From NCBI RefSeq assembly GCF_009914755.1, contig NC_060937.1: a DNA stretch of 64,000 nt. The stretch is one strand, 5' to 3'. Made by a program: the position numbers and the translations under genes. Shown piece by piece: positions 28,498-40,994 of the stretch (positions are counted from its first letter, which is position 1; each line of letters starts with the position of its first letter). The notes below the pieces were generated by a model that saw only the letters and a program-made list of their open reading frames with translations, was not told the DNA's origin and made no database searches. This stretch comes from the human T2T-CHM13v2.0 reference genome, Homo sapiens.

Positions 28498-28821
28498 GGC
28501 AGGGCTCGGTGGCTCATGCCTGTAATCCCAGCACTTTAGGAGGCTGAGATGGGTGGATCACCTGAGGTCAGGAGTTCAAGACCAGCCTGGCCAACATGGT
28601 GAAACCCCATCTGTACTGAAAATACAAAATTTAGTCAGGCGTGGTGATGCACACCTGTAATCCCAGCTACTCGGGAGGCTGAGGCACGAGAATTGCTTGA
28701 ACCTGGGAGGCAGAAGTTGCAGTGAGCCAAGATCATGAGATCATGAGATCATGCCGCTGCACTATAGCCGGGGTGACATCAGCGAAACTCCATCTCAAAA
28801 AACCAAAATAAAATAAATAAA
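28498..28821 (+). mobile_element. Alu (AluS-like)
   Basis: Dimer; TSD taattactatgtttt at 28483-28497 and 28822-28836; internal (gatcatga)x3. Confidence 0.95.
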
Positions 28822-29714
28822 TAATTACTATGTTTTAAAGTCAATTGAAATAATTCCTTTTTGTGTGGTTAAGTCACCATGTTTATATACATTTAAGCTC
28901 AGTTGTTTTATTCTGAGTTCAATATTTTGGGGAAACTCAGTTTGCTTATTAAATTTTGTTCTAATAAAACATTTCGTTGGCTGCAAAGTCAAATTTGTAA
29001 AATAAGGTCTACTGTCTTACCCATCACTTGGTTTCCTCCTTCCTACACAGGTAAGCACATTTGTTAGTTTTTGGTACATCCTTCCATTAAAATTTTAAAA
29101 TAGTACATATATATATACACACACACACTATTCGCGCCTATTCTAAGATATAAGGTAGCATACTATATACACTATTCTCAACTTTTCCAATTTCTCCCTA
29201 CTAGAATGTGCAGCATTCCTCATTCCTTTTTTATAATGCTTGATTCTCCATTGTGTGGATTTGCCTTCTTCAACTAATTCCCCTAGTGATGGACATTTGG
29301 TTTGTTTTTCCGATCTTTGGCTACTACAAGAAGTACTGTACTAAATAGCTTTGCATGCATATTGTATTTTCACCAGCCTATCTTAGGGTTATTTTCTTAG
29401 GAGTGGGATTGCTAGGTGAAAGGGTTAAATATATATATAACTTTGCTCCATATTGCCAAATTTTCCTCCATAGGAGCTGCACTCCTTTGCTTTCCCATCA
29501 GCAACGTACGAGCCTGCCTGTTGTCCTATAGTCTACCAACAGAATATGCCATCAAACTTCTGGATATTTGACAATGCAGTAGATGCAATGGTAGTTTTAT
29601 TTCATTATAATTTGCATTTTCCTTATTCGTCTCACTACTTTTAAAGGAAGAAAGGAGGGAGAAGGTGGGTGAGAGTGTGAATACGTTTGTAGATTTGGTG
29701 TTACGTAAATGTTT

Positions 29715-29880
29715 GCCCCTCTGGACTGTAAGCTCCATGAGGGTAGGACAACATCTGTTCTGCTCACTCTTGTTGTTCATTCTGTTCCAGTTCTATGCCT
29801 AGTGCTTGGCATGGAGGATACACTCACTAGTATACAACCAATGTGAATGAATGAGTGAGTGAATGAATGGGTGAATGAAA
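29715..29880 (+). mobile_element. L2 3' end with (TGAA)n tail
   Basis: gactgtaagctccatgagggtagg...gtgcttggcat...tgaatgaatg. Confidence 0.75.
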
Positions 29881-30609
29881 GACAGAAACTCTCTTTTCTC
29901 TCTGCTTCATGACTGTACTGGGGTCTATTCGACATTTTACCTTCACCCCTTCCTGTACCTTTCTCCAGATTTAGAACCTAGAATTAGGGGAACCAATTAA
30001 AAGTCTAAATTGTGAATTAAAAACAAAAAGTCACAGAAAGGGCTTGCCTAATGCCATGTCCATGCGATTAATGAGTTGTGCCTGTCTGAGTAAGAGGTGG
30101 AGTGGGGTGCAGTGTGAAAGTGCTCCTACTTGTTGAGAGATGCTGGGAAGACTAGCTCAGCCAGGTGAGCATTGCGTGGGCATGAGGAATTGCTTGGTTA
30201 AGGGACAGAACAATCTCTGTGGAATTTCCTCCTCTTCTATCCCATCCAGAGGCTCTGAGCTCTCAGAACTGTCAGTACCTTCAGGGCTTATAAAGACTGT
30301 GGTTCCATGTGGCACTCCTGACTCTCTTACAGCCTGTGCATGGCCATCTGGAGGAAGCGGGAGCTCCCCATCACCCAGGGAACTCTTTGTTATTTGGGGA
30401 TAGACTATGTCTAAAGCCTCCTTGACACACAGCCCTTTGGGTGAAATAACTTTTTTGCTGTCTGTATTTTATCTTTTCTGTTTGAAAAAATTTCAGTTGC
30501 CTTTGGCTCTTCAATGTTAGGACCTCTCTTATGGAAGCTTATGCCTAAATTTCCACCCCTTCTCCTCCTGCTAGAAATCACCCATTTTTCAGGGCTCAGG
30601 TTCAAAGTT

Positions 30610-32160
30610 ATATTCCTTGATTATATCAATGTTAAGGATTTCCATTTAATGAAGAAATCATGGACACAATTAAAAGGCAAGTGACAACTCAGGAGAATAT
30701 ATTTAAAATGTCAACATCTGATGTGGTTCAAATATCTAAAATATACAAGAAACTTTTGCAAATCAATCACAGGGACCTCAACAGATAAATGGACAAAGAG
30801 TATGAATAGGCAAGTCATTAAACAGGAAATCCAAAATAAAAAGCAAATGAATAAATGCTCAAGCTCATTTGATTAGAGACATAAAATAAAAACTATAATG
30901 AATTATGACTTTACACCCATCAGATTAGCAAAAATTAGAAAGTTGAAGATGGCAGGCATGTCATGGCAGGGCTGTAGGGAAGACAAGACTCTTGTACGAT
31001 GCTGCTGAGAGGTAAATGGGGTAGCCCTTCTTCAGAGCAATCCAGCAGTACTTGGTAAAATGCACTTACCCTAGGACTAGGAGATTCCATTCCTGGGAAT
31101 GCCTCCAGAGAAGTTCTCACACTCATCTCTGAAGGAAGATACATGAGGATGCTTGTTATAGTCTTGTTTATGGGGACTGAGTGTGTCCATTATTATGGGA
31201 GTGGATAAGTAACACAAAGTGTGATATGGAGTACTACACAACAGTGAGATGCAGTGAAAGAGAGTGACAGTCAATTTTTGTTATGTATAATAGCTCTGTT
31301 CTGTAAAGTCTGTGAACATTGAGTTAGTAAACACTGAACCATTGCTTCCAGGGGAAATACAGAGTTAGGTTCCTGTGAGCCATAGCTCACAACACTTTCA
31401 TCAACTTATCAATATATAACCTTGCTTATGTGTGCTGCTATTTAAAGGCACAATATTTTATCTATATTGTTGATTCATTAGCACTGAACTCACGGCCAAC
31501 AGCACTAACTCCCATGCTTGAATAAAGCTTTTTCAACACATGTGTTTTCTTCATTAGGGGCATCACGGCCTACTGCACTTGGAAACACTAGGCAGCACTT
31601 AGCACTGTGCTTGGGGGCCATTTCCAACAGCAGAATTATCCCCAAAAAAAGCATAAAAATGTGAAAAGCATAGCACTAAACAGACTGCAAAAAGGACAGT
31701 TGTTTACATTATGAGGGCAGAAACAAGAAGGCAGAACACTGTCTCATTCCACCTTAGCTGGGGGCTTGCACATCTGGCAACGCAAATCTTCCAGTGCTCT
31801 GGGCATATCCGAAAGTGACTGTGAAAGTGCCTTGACTGTTGATTTTTGGGTCACAGATGCATTTTATTGAGTAGGCAAATTCACAAATACAGAATCATGA
31901 ATAATGATGATGGACTGCACAGTCACCTGATTAGTTCTGAAAACATAGACTTGAATGAAAAAAAGCAAGAAAGAGAATCATAGCACATTATAAAGAGATA
32001 CATAGCACATTATTTATGTAAAAGTGGCACAAAGCAATCACACACACATGGGTTTTCAAGAACCCATACAAATCAAAGGACACACATAAACCCATTAAAA
32101 GTGTTGCCTCCTGGGTGCTGAATGGAGACGAAATGGAATAAAGGAATCAATACATACAAG
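30610..32160 (+). mobile_element. Ancient L1M (L1ME-like) fragment split by MER82
   Basis: aaatggacaaagagtatgaataggc...tttacacccatcagattagcaaaaatt. Confidence 0.65.
31268..31917 (-). mobile_element. MER82-like TcMar-Tigger non-autonomous DNA transposon
   Basis: Terminal inverted ends cagtcaat.../...atggactg; internal ggggaaatacagagttaggttcctgtgagcc. Confidence 0.75.
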
Positions 32161-32629
32161 GAGAGATGTCAGGGTGCCCTGAACCATGGAGTGTGATGAA
32201 CGCAGCCTCTACCTTGAAAAGTCTGACCTGAAGCCACCATTGCTGTGGCCCACCCTCCCAGATTCCCCCTTTCTCTGGCCCCTGTTCCCAGTAAGCTCCT
32301 CTCTTCCAGCTCTTCGTGGAGGGCCTGAAATTCCCACTTTATTGGAGCACACTTTCTGGCATATTTTATTTATTTGTCTATATTTATTTATACTTCTACC
32401 TCACGTCAGAAAGGATTCCAGGTCACTACTGATCAAGGCTGAGTCTATTTGCAGAATGAATAAGGACATGCACAGCTGAATGAACCATGGAAGGGCAATT
32501 TCCATACTTATCCCATCACACCCTCATCTCCTTGAGAGGAGCCCCAGTAATAATATTAGTAACAAAAGGATGTGTTCAGCTCAGGGCACAGCCAGCTCTT
32601 ATGTCCCTCGAACCAGGCTCTGCAGAGCT

Positions 32630-33200
32630 GATAACCCAAGTTACCATTGCATTTGCTCTTTGGACAGCTACTGATGATTCGTATTCTGTTTGTCATAAAC
32701 CTAACATGTCTTTTTCACATGAACCACATCTCTATTTTGCATTTACATGGTTGACCTGTTTTTTAACCAGTTGGATATATATACGTTTATATAATTTGCT
32801 ATAAACCATGGATTTGGAATATCAAATTGGTCTGAGTCTCATTTCTCTTTTCCAATGTATTGGCCATTCCTCCCAGTTCTGTGCCACCTGGAAGTTGGTA
32901 AGATTGCTTTCAATTACCTTAAATTGTTGATAAATCCCAGGATATAGAACAAGCCCTGTGGCTGACCACATCTCCCCTCTAAGAACACCTGTCTCTATGA
33001 ATTCTTGTACACATGTTGTACACATCTCCTCTCATTTAGATTGAATTTTGATTTCTTTTTCTCTATCCTAAAGAGAAGATTCTCCTAAAGCTCATGAGAA
33101 CTTTGTAAAATACTTTTCTGAAATCCAGACATTCTTTGTCTTATGGCAATCCTTGGATCTATCAGCATGAGTTTGGGTCATGAACCATGGCATTGGAAAC
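32630..33200 (-). mobile_element. L3/CR1 LINE relic
   Basis: Minus-strand remnant (32822-33025) resembles a decayed CR1 RT region around PQGSVLGP...FADDTKLGG. Confidence 0.5.
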
Positions 33201-33266
33201 ATATGTTAGATGCTGGACACCTCAGTACTTTACAGAGGAGGAAATAGAAGATGAGAGTACCTGCAT

Positions 33267-33614
33267 GAGTACCGACAGTGAGCTTTCACAAGAGTCCTCC
33301 TGTGAGTACTAGCATGTCCTGGCCGAGTACCCACAGTGAGCACTCACATGAGTCCTCCTGTGAGTACCAGTATGTCCTGGCTGAGTACCCACAGTGAGCA
33401 CTGCTACAAGTCCTCCTGTGCATACAGGGATGTCTTGGCCTAGTACGCACTGTGAGCACTCACGCAAGTCCTCCTGTGAGTGCTAATGTGTCCTGGCCGA
33501 GTACCCACAGTGAGCACTCACACGAGTCCTCCTGTGAGTACTAGCGTGTCCTGGCCAGGTACCCACAGTGAGCACTCATACAAGTCCTCCTGTGAGTACA
33601 AGGGTGTCCTGGCC
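33267..33614. repeat. Minisatellite, 6 x 58 bp
   Basis: Units start at 33267, 33325, 33383, 33441, 33499, 33557; consensus about gagtacccacagtgagcactcacaygagtcctcctgtgagtactagcgtgtcctggcc. Confidence 0.95.
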
Positions 33615-34355
33615 AGAGAGGTGTCAGTGAAAGTGGCTTGACTCAAACCCTAGACTCCTGACCCCACATACAAGGGACTTTACAAGGTGTCCTGCCACTT
33701 CAAGAGAGACGGTACTGACTTGTCGTGACTGCTCCCTGCGTCTGCTCACGATCAGTTAACTAAATCTACTCCAGAAGGGTATTGGGGCTTCAGGTGATTT
33801 GAAGAAAATTGAAGCCTAGAGAGCATCTAGGGCTTTAAAATAAGCCAAGCCTTTGGGCTAGACATACGACATTCCAGGATACAAAAGTGACCTGTGTGTG
33901 TGACCCTGGATACTGTGTGCAGGTTTTTTTGAATAGTCGGCGAACAAATTCTGGAGAAGATTAGAGTTGAGTGGACTCTTTGAGGAATGAAAAAGATTTT
34001 GATAGGAAGAAAGTCCCTTAAAATGGGGGAAGTTGGAGGTGCCGTACAGAGTTGGGAATGCATGCAGAATGTTCTGAACAGGGCTTTTTCCATTGCAAAT
34101 GGCAAAGGAACAGCACCTGCTCACCTAGCTAGAAAAGCCGGGTTCCATCAGGATGGCTGGACAGGAGGCTCTGAAGACCTGACGCAGATACTTCTTCCCA
34201 TCCCGCAGCTCTGCCTCGTGTGTCAACTCCTTTCTCAGGATGGCTCCCCCAAACATGGGTAACCGCAGCTATCACAATTCTAGCAGGGAAAGAGTGTCCT
34301 GTTTGCTAACAACTCCAAAAATGTCCCAGGAAAGGCTCTCATTTTCCTTTCTGAA

Positions 34356-34555
34356 TAAAGTTGCCAGATTTTGCAAATAAAAATAAAGGATGTCCATCAA
34401 ATTTGAATTTCAGATAAACAATGAATAATTTCTTGGCATAGTTCTGCCCCATGCAATATTTGGAACATATATAAGAAATTCCTTATTTACCTAAAATCCA
34501 AATTTAAATTTGAATTCAATTAAATAGACATCATGTATTTTATCTGGCAACCCTA
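34356..34555. mobile_element. MER53 palindromic DNA element
   Basis: gttgccagat...aaatttgaatttcagataaacaa...tattttatctggcaaccct; self-complementary. Confidence 0.85.
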
Positions 34556-36735
34556 TCCCTATACCAGTTCATTGGAGCCAGGCAGATGAGGTGGGTAATG
34601 GGTCCAGCCTGGGTAACGTGTCCATACCCTGGATCCCAGGGGTGAGGTCAGCCCCACCCCAGCCTCCTGGAATGGGCATGGGAGTGGGTGGGTAACCAAT
34701 CAGAAGCTTTACCAGAGAACAGCTGGATGTTGGGGAGACGAAACAATAGACGCTCACTATAGCTGACTCCATGGACAGCAAGGAGACCAAGATAAAAGTG
34801 AAAATGGTACTCATGTCTTGCATACCCCCAATAACGTTGGGATTTCTCCATCTGCCTTTTCTGGTTCCCCTGTCCCATGCCTTGTAGTCTATAAGCTTCT
34901 AGAGGAAAGGTTTATGTGTTTCTTGCTCATCACTGCAATCCTATTGCTGGGCATAGAGAATCTCAATTAAAAATTGTCATATAGCCAAATGAGTGAAGCA
35001 TTACATGTCCTTTATAACACTTCCTCCTTGGGTAGACTTGATTATTCCTACTAGATGAGATTTTTCCAGACACTGTCAAAATGTTTTTACATGAACAGTG
35101 GTGATTCTGTGATAACAACAGCAAGGCTAACGTGTTGTTCTGCCATGGAGCTGTACACCTCTGGCTGTCTCTTAAGTTCTTTGAAGTTCGTAAGTTCTGC
35201 CTGATAATATCTCAGCAAGAAAGATGGTATTGTTCTCCTGTTTTATATATAAGGAAGCTGAATCTACCGAGGCTGGATCATTTCATCAAGACCACAAATA
35301 TAGTGAATAGAATCTGGCAGGGTTTGGAACCCCCATTTTGGGCTGCTTCCCCATCTTCCTGAGAGCTCTGAGTTTTAGGAATCCTAATATTTGCTCTCTG
35401 TGGGCAGCATTTTAGCTGAGAGAAAACCGACCAATTCCTGTGGGCAGTGTCAGCGCATGCACTTTTTTGTTTCTGGCAAAAGACATAGCTGGGTATTCTA
35501 TGGAGAGATAGAAATATTTCCTGAAGGCAGATTTGCAGTATGAAGGAAGGGGAGCTGGAGGAGAAGGAGCAAACTTGGGGTTCAGCCTCATACCTATCTG
35601 TCATCTCAGGTTTGGTTTCCTCTGAGACAGATGGGATGGTGGCTGCTTCGCCTGCTGACAGCAGAGAGCTTGTACATGCCAGGAGCCTTCCAGAGTGCCT
35701 CCCCTGAAGTGCCAAGGGGCCATGTCAAAGGGGCAGCTGTCATACCACTGTTATCACAGGGTTGCAATAATTTTCTGAAAAATGAGAATAAAATGTCACA
35801 AGAAAGATTTCTTATTCTAATTGACCCTGAAGCTTCATCTGCATCTCAAAGCCCTTTTTGTCCCAGTAATGGAAGCCCAAAGTAAAACAGGGTACCTAGT
35901 GGAGCTGGGATTTAAAGCCAGGTGCCTGAGTCCAAAGCCCTGTGCTCTTTCTGCACTACCAGACCTGCTTCTCAAGGGGCAACGAGGAGGGAATGAGATT
36001 GTGGTGTTAACATGGGGCATGTCCCCTCGGGCACCATACAAACATGTGGAATCACTTTGAAGATTCATCCCAAACCTTTTGGCCAAGGCAATTTTCTCAG
36101 GACAGCTGATCTTATTGATCTCAATTTTCCTGAGGGAGGACAAGCCTGCATGTTCTGTGGCCTTTGGAAAGTATCCCACACTGTCCAGTCGTCATGACAG
36201 GAGTGTGCACAGTGAGCACCAGGGTGGCAGAGAACTGGGCTGGTATCTAAATCAGATAATGTTGACAGAAGAAAGCATTGACAGCGTGATTCAGAGTGTG
36301 TGCACCACAGCTGACACCTCTTGTTTCCCCCCATCCCACCTCTTTGGGGATGATGAAGGTCTTAGGGGAAAATTGCATAGGTTTTTAGTTTCCAGTGCTC
36401 ATCAGTTTTCTTTGCTTCTGGTCCCTTGTGGCCTCTCCTCTGTGCCTGCTCTTGCTCCTGTTCCACATCCCGGCCACCCACACTCTAGTGCTCCTACCAC
36501 TGCCTACCACAGGGGTGCTCCCTGCTGGTTCCCTAACTGATCCCAGCCCTTTTGGCCATGGCTTAGAAATTCCAAAGGCTCTTTGCACCTATTTTACATC
36601 CAAGCAGTTCAAACATGTAAGCAATATTCACGTATTTCCCTCCAAGCCACTTAGTGACAGAGCAGCGGAGATGCTCAGGGTGCCATCTTCCACCATGCGA
36701 GACATGGGCTGTCCTAGGGTGGCTGAGAAGGGCCG

Positions 36736-37785
36736 AGTGATGGTTCATTGTATGTGTCAACTTGACCAGGCTTAGGGATGCCCAGGTAGCTGGTGAAATG
36801 TCTGTGGGGTGCCGCTGGAGCAGATGAGCATGGGAATTGGTGGGCTGCGTAAACATCTGCCCTCACTAATGTTGGCATGCACCAGCCTATCCATTGAGGG
36901 CTTGGATAGAGCAGAAAGGCAGAGGAAGGGTGAAGTCCTTCCTCTTCTTGAGCTGAGACAACCATCTTCTTCCACCCTCGACATCAGAGTGCCCGGTTTT
37001 TGGGTTTTTAGTCTCCAGGACTTACACAGCTTCCTTCTCCGGTTCTTGGGCCTTTGGCCTCAGACTGGGAGTCACACCATTGGCTCCTGGTTCTCAGGCC
37101 TTTGGATTCAGACTGAATTACATCACCAGCTGTCCCAACTCTCCAGCTGGCAGACAGCAGATCATAGGACTTCTTGGCCTTCATAATTGTGTGAGCCAGT
37201 TCCCAATAAGTGTCCTTTTATACACAGACACACACTTGACCCTTGAACAGCATGAGTGTGAACTTATACTAACATTGTTTTGTGAGTCCATTCATACTCG
37301 CATTTTTTTCAATAAAAGTTACACCAAGTGTGTCTGCCTCTCCTGCCCCTCCCCCATCTCCTTTGCCTCTTCTGCCTCTGCCACCCCTAAGACAGTAAGA
37401 CCAACCCCGCCTCCTCCTTAGCCTACTCAATGTGAAGACGACGAGGATGAAGACCTTTATGATGATCCACTTCCACTTAATGAATAGTAGATATATTTTC
37501 TCTTGTTTAGGATTTTCTTAATAACATTTTCTTTTCTCTGGCTTACTTTAGTGTAAGAATACAGTGTATAAAATGTATAACATAAGAAGTATGTGTCAAT
37601 TGACTGCTTATGTTATTGGTTAGGCTTATGGTCAACAGAAGGCCATTAGTAGTTAAGTTCTGGTGGAGTCAAAAGTTATATGTGGATTTGTGACTGCAAG
37701 GAAGCTCAGCATCCCTAATACCCATGCTGTTCAAGAGTCAACAGTATGTTGGTTCTCTTTGCCAGCAGAATCCTGACTATAAAGA
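36736..37785 (+). mobile_element. MLT2-like ERVL LTR interrupted by Tigger2
   Basis: gtgatggttcattgtatgtgtcaacttgacc...cataattgtgtgagccagttcc; end ttggttctc...gaatcctgacta. Confidence 0.85.
37233..37744 (+). mobile_element. Tigger2-derived element (Tigger2a/2b-like)
   Basis: TIRs cacttgacccttgaacagcatg / catgctgttcaagagtcaacag; gaagacgacgaggatgaagacctttatgatgatccac. Confidence 0.85.
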
Positions 37786-37786
37786 C

Positions 37787-38155
37787 TGCATTAGTTTGCT
37801 AGGGCTGGCATAACAAGATCCCACAGAAATGTGTGGCTTAAATGACAGAAACTTATTTTCTCACAATCCTGGAGGCTGGAAGCCCAGTACAAGGGATCTT
37901 CAGGGTTGGTTTCCCGTGAGACTTCTCCCCTGTTTTGTAGATGACCTCCGCCTCCAAGTGTTGGCTCCGCACCTGTGCCCTAATCTCCTCTTCTTACAAG
38001 GACACCAGGCATACTGGATTAGGGCTCACCCTCATGACCTCATTTGAGCTTCATGTCCTCTTTAAAGACCCTTTTCCAAATACAGCACATCCTTAGGTAC
38101 GAGGGGTTAGACTTCAGCATACAAATCTTGTGGGGACACAATTCAGCCCGTAACA
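37787..38155 (-). mobile_element. MLT1B/C-like LTR
   Basis: tgcattagtttgctagggctg...gacacaattcagcccgtaaca. Confidence 0.85.
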
Positions 38156-39707
38156 ATGGCATAAGCTACCCCCAAAACCATTTCCATCAGGTGCCCCAAC
38201 AACCAACCCCCAAAACGCAAATGCCAAGTAGAAACTGTGTGTTTCCTGCACACTCAGAACCCCTCCCCCTGCAGCCCCTCCAAGGACTCGTGTCCTACCC
38301 CCGCCATGTTTGAAGTTATGGAGCTGCCACAATCATGCAGTTCCCGAAAGACCCCCCTTCCCAATACACTTCCATGGCCTGGATTGAAGGCCAGGTGTAG
38401 TTTTATTTGCTCCCCACACTAATCTCAAGCAAGCTTCTTCAACACCCAGTCCTATAAGCCACAGATATGACATCTAAGCCTAGAAGCTAAAGGCATTGCC
38501 CTGTGGGATTCTCGTCAACAGCTGTGCACTCCAGCTACTACCGCCTAGAGGTGAGCACTGGGCCAGGGGTAGGGCCATGGGCAGCCTGAATGCTGCACTT
38601 AGTTCGGAAGCAGAGACCCAAGCCCAGCTGTGAGCAGACAGGAATGCTGGCTGGCCACCAGGGGTGGGGAATCTCACAGCATCAAGCCTGTGCCTGGCAC
38701 AGCATGAGCACACAATGAATGTCTACAGAATCAAATACTCCTGATGAATGAAAAGCGGGGCTATCTTCAAAGAAAATTAAGATCAGTCTCATCAAAAATG
38801 TCCTGATTTATACAACAAAAAGGGAACCTATTTTGATTTTTAAGGGCTATTTTCTGAAGGCAGCAAAATTGAGAACAATAAACTGGACAGTCCTAATTCC
38901 ATTCTGGGGCCCTGATCACGCCCTTCGTCTCCTTCTGAGTATCCCGAAGGAGCTGCAGCACGGGATCTCTAAGCTAACGTCCAGCCCCGCGGCACGGCAT
39001 CACTGATTTTGCAGTGTCTTAGTCCCCTGTAGGCAACTCCTGTGAAAAGTACAAAAGTACAAAAAATTATTTTAAGTGACCAGATGGTTTTGTCTTAGTG
39101 CATATTCACAGGGGCATTGTGGCCTGGTGGAAAGAGCTGTGAGCAAACAACCCAGATATCTGGGTTCTAGCACCATCTCTAAGATCCAGTAACTCTAAGT
39201 TATTGGGCAAATAACATAACATCTCTTAGTCTCATTTTTTCCCTATAAAATAAAAAGGCTTGGACGATGAGAGCTCTGAGGTTAGCTACTATTGGTGTTG
39301 TCCAGAAGAAGGATGCTCTAAAATGATGGGACTCATTGTCCAGGGTCTCTTCCCCTCATCCTTCCTCCACTCCTCCTCCGAGGTCAGGAGTGGGGGCACC
39401 CCCCTGACTGAGCATGTGGACTGTGCAAGGCCAGTGCCAAGCATGCAGGGAACAAACTAAGGATCCAAGACTGGTGGCAGGAGAGGCGGTCCCTACCCAT
39501 CGCCAGGAGCTTTTATTTTTATTTTCTTGATTGTATTTTATTTAGCTCACCTAAAGACCTGGTTCCTGCCATCAAAGAGTAAGAACATGTTATGAAAAAA
39601 GATAAAAGTGCTATGGGGCCAAAGGACAGGAGGTATGTCCCCTCCTGGCACCCAACTGCATCCTTCCTGGATAAGCCCCCAGAGTCTGTTTTCCCAGGGG
39701 AAGCTGA

Positions 39708-40065
<358 letters not shown>

Positions 40066-40941
40066 AGAAGCTGAAATTCTTATAAACTTGCCACACTCAA
40101 ATGAGGAAGACAATGCTGCTGAAGATAAAATGCACAAATATTTGTGAACTTGGAATGTGGAATTCAATGAGCAGGTTTGAAATTCTTAAATGACATATGA
40201 GGAGAATACACGGGACGAAAAAGATAGGTAGAAGCAAGGGAGCAGAGGTGACAAAAAGAGGCAATGAGGGACACTTTAAGAATCAGGAGCAGACACAGGC
40301 AGGTTGAGCCTAGAACAATCAGCCCAGGCATTGTCTCCTACCTCCAGGGGAATTTCCTGAGCAAATGAACTTTCTTTATATCATCACAGCAAGTGACAGG
40401 AGAAGGAGGTGGGAGTCCTGGGCTCACTCTGCTGACATCGTTGCAGAAGGAAACCCAGGGCAGGGGGAATTGCCCGGGGTGGGGGAGATGCAGGGGGACT
40501 CCATCCTCCCCAGCACCCCCAGCCTTTCCAGGGGGTCCCTTATCTTCTGATCGGATGCAGCATAGTTATTTCTCAAAGCCTTTAAAATACTATTTTTACC
40601 AGGAGCACATTCTTTTTTCTTCCAAAAGAACAAAAGGATCACAACCCACATGCTCCTCAGAGTGGCAGCCCTGAGGGAAGGCAGAGCTCAGATGTACAGA
40701 TCCAGGGAGCTTGGCCCCCGCACGCCCACACCTCCTCATCCCCACACAAACGGAACCAACGTGAATGCCACGGGCTTGGTATTGTCACCCCGCCTGAAAT
40801 AAACCAGCAAGAATAGTACAGCACGATGAGTGACAGGGCTTCACAGCCAACGTGCTTCTCTGTAGTAGTTTTGGCCATTAGCAATTAGCACTGTAGTTGT
40901 AAGAACGGAGGGGGCTTTCTCTCTTTTTGTCTCTTTATGAC

Positions 40942-40943
40942 CT

Positions 40944-40993
<50 letters not shown>
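40942..40993. repeat. (TC)n(AC)n compound microsatellite
   Basis: Seen directly. Confidence 0.9.

Positions 40994-40994
<1 letters not shown>

Larger units (their letters stand above)
26295..29620 (-). mobile_element. Ancient L1M (L1MC/ME-like) 3' region, interrupted by MLT1 and Alu
   Basis: tttattatggaaaattgcaaac...; gatggacatttgg...ggagtgggattgctagg...ttataatttgcattt. Confidence 0.65.

Noticed and set aside
28731-28754. Short tandem duplications (gatcatga x3; also about 50790-50820 and 121-137)
   Set aside because: Ordinary slippage micro-duplications
33267-33614. CRISPR-like regular repeats
   Set aside because: Contiguous tandem units with no unique spacers, no cas genes, primate context
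38652-38670. CTCF-like tggccaccaggggtgggg
   Set aside because: The 3' part departs from the core GGCGC; too weak without data
38741-38806. C/D-box snoRNA-like motifs (ctgatga...ctga); also atgatga near 57357
   Set aside because: Imperfect box C, no convincing terminal stem or guide; the second site lacks a nearby box D
40725-40815. Possible minus-strand exon (tttatttcag acceptor)
   Set aside because: Weak donor, two of three frames stopped, no recognisable peptide
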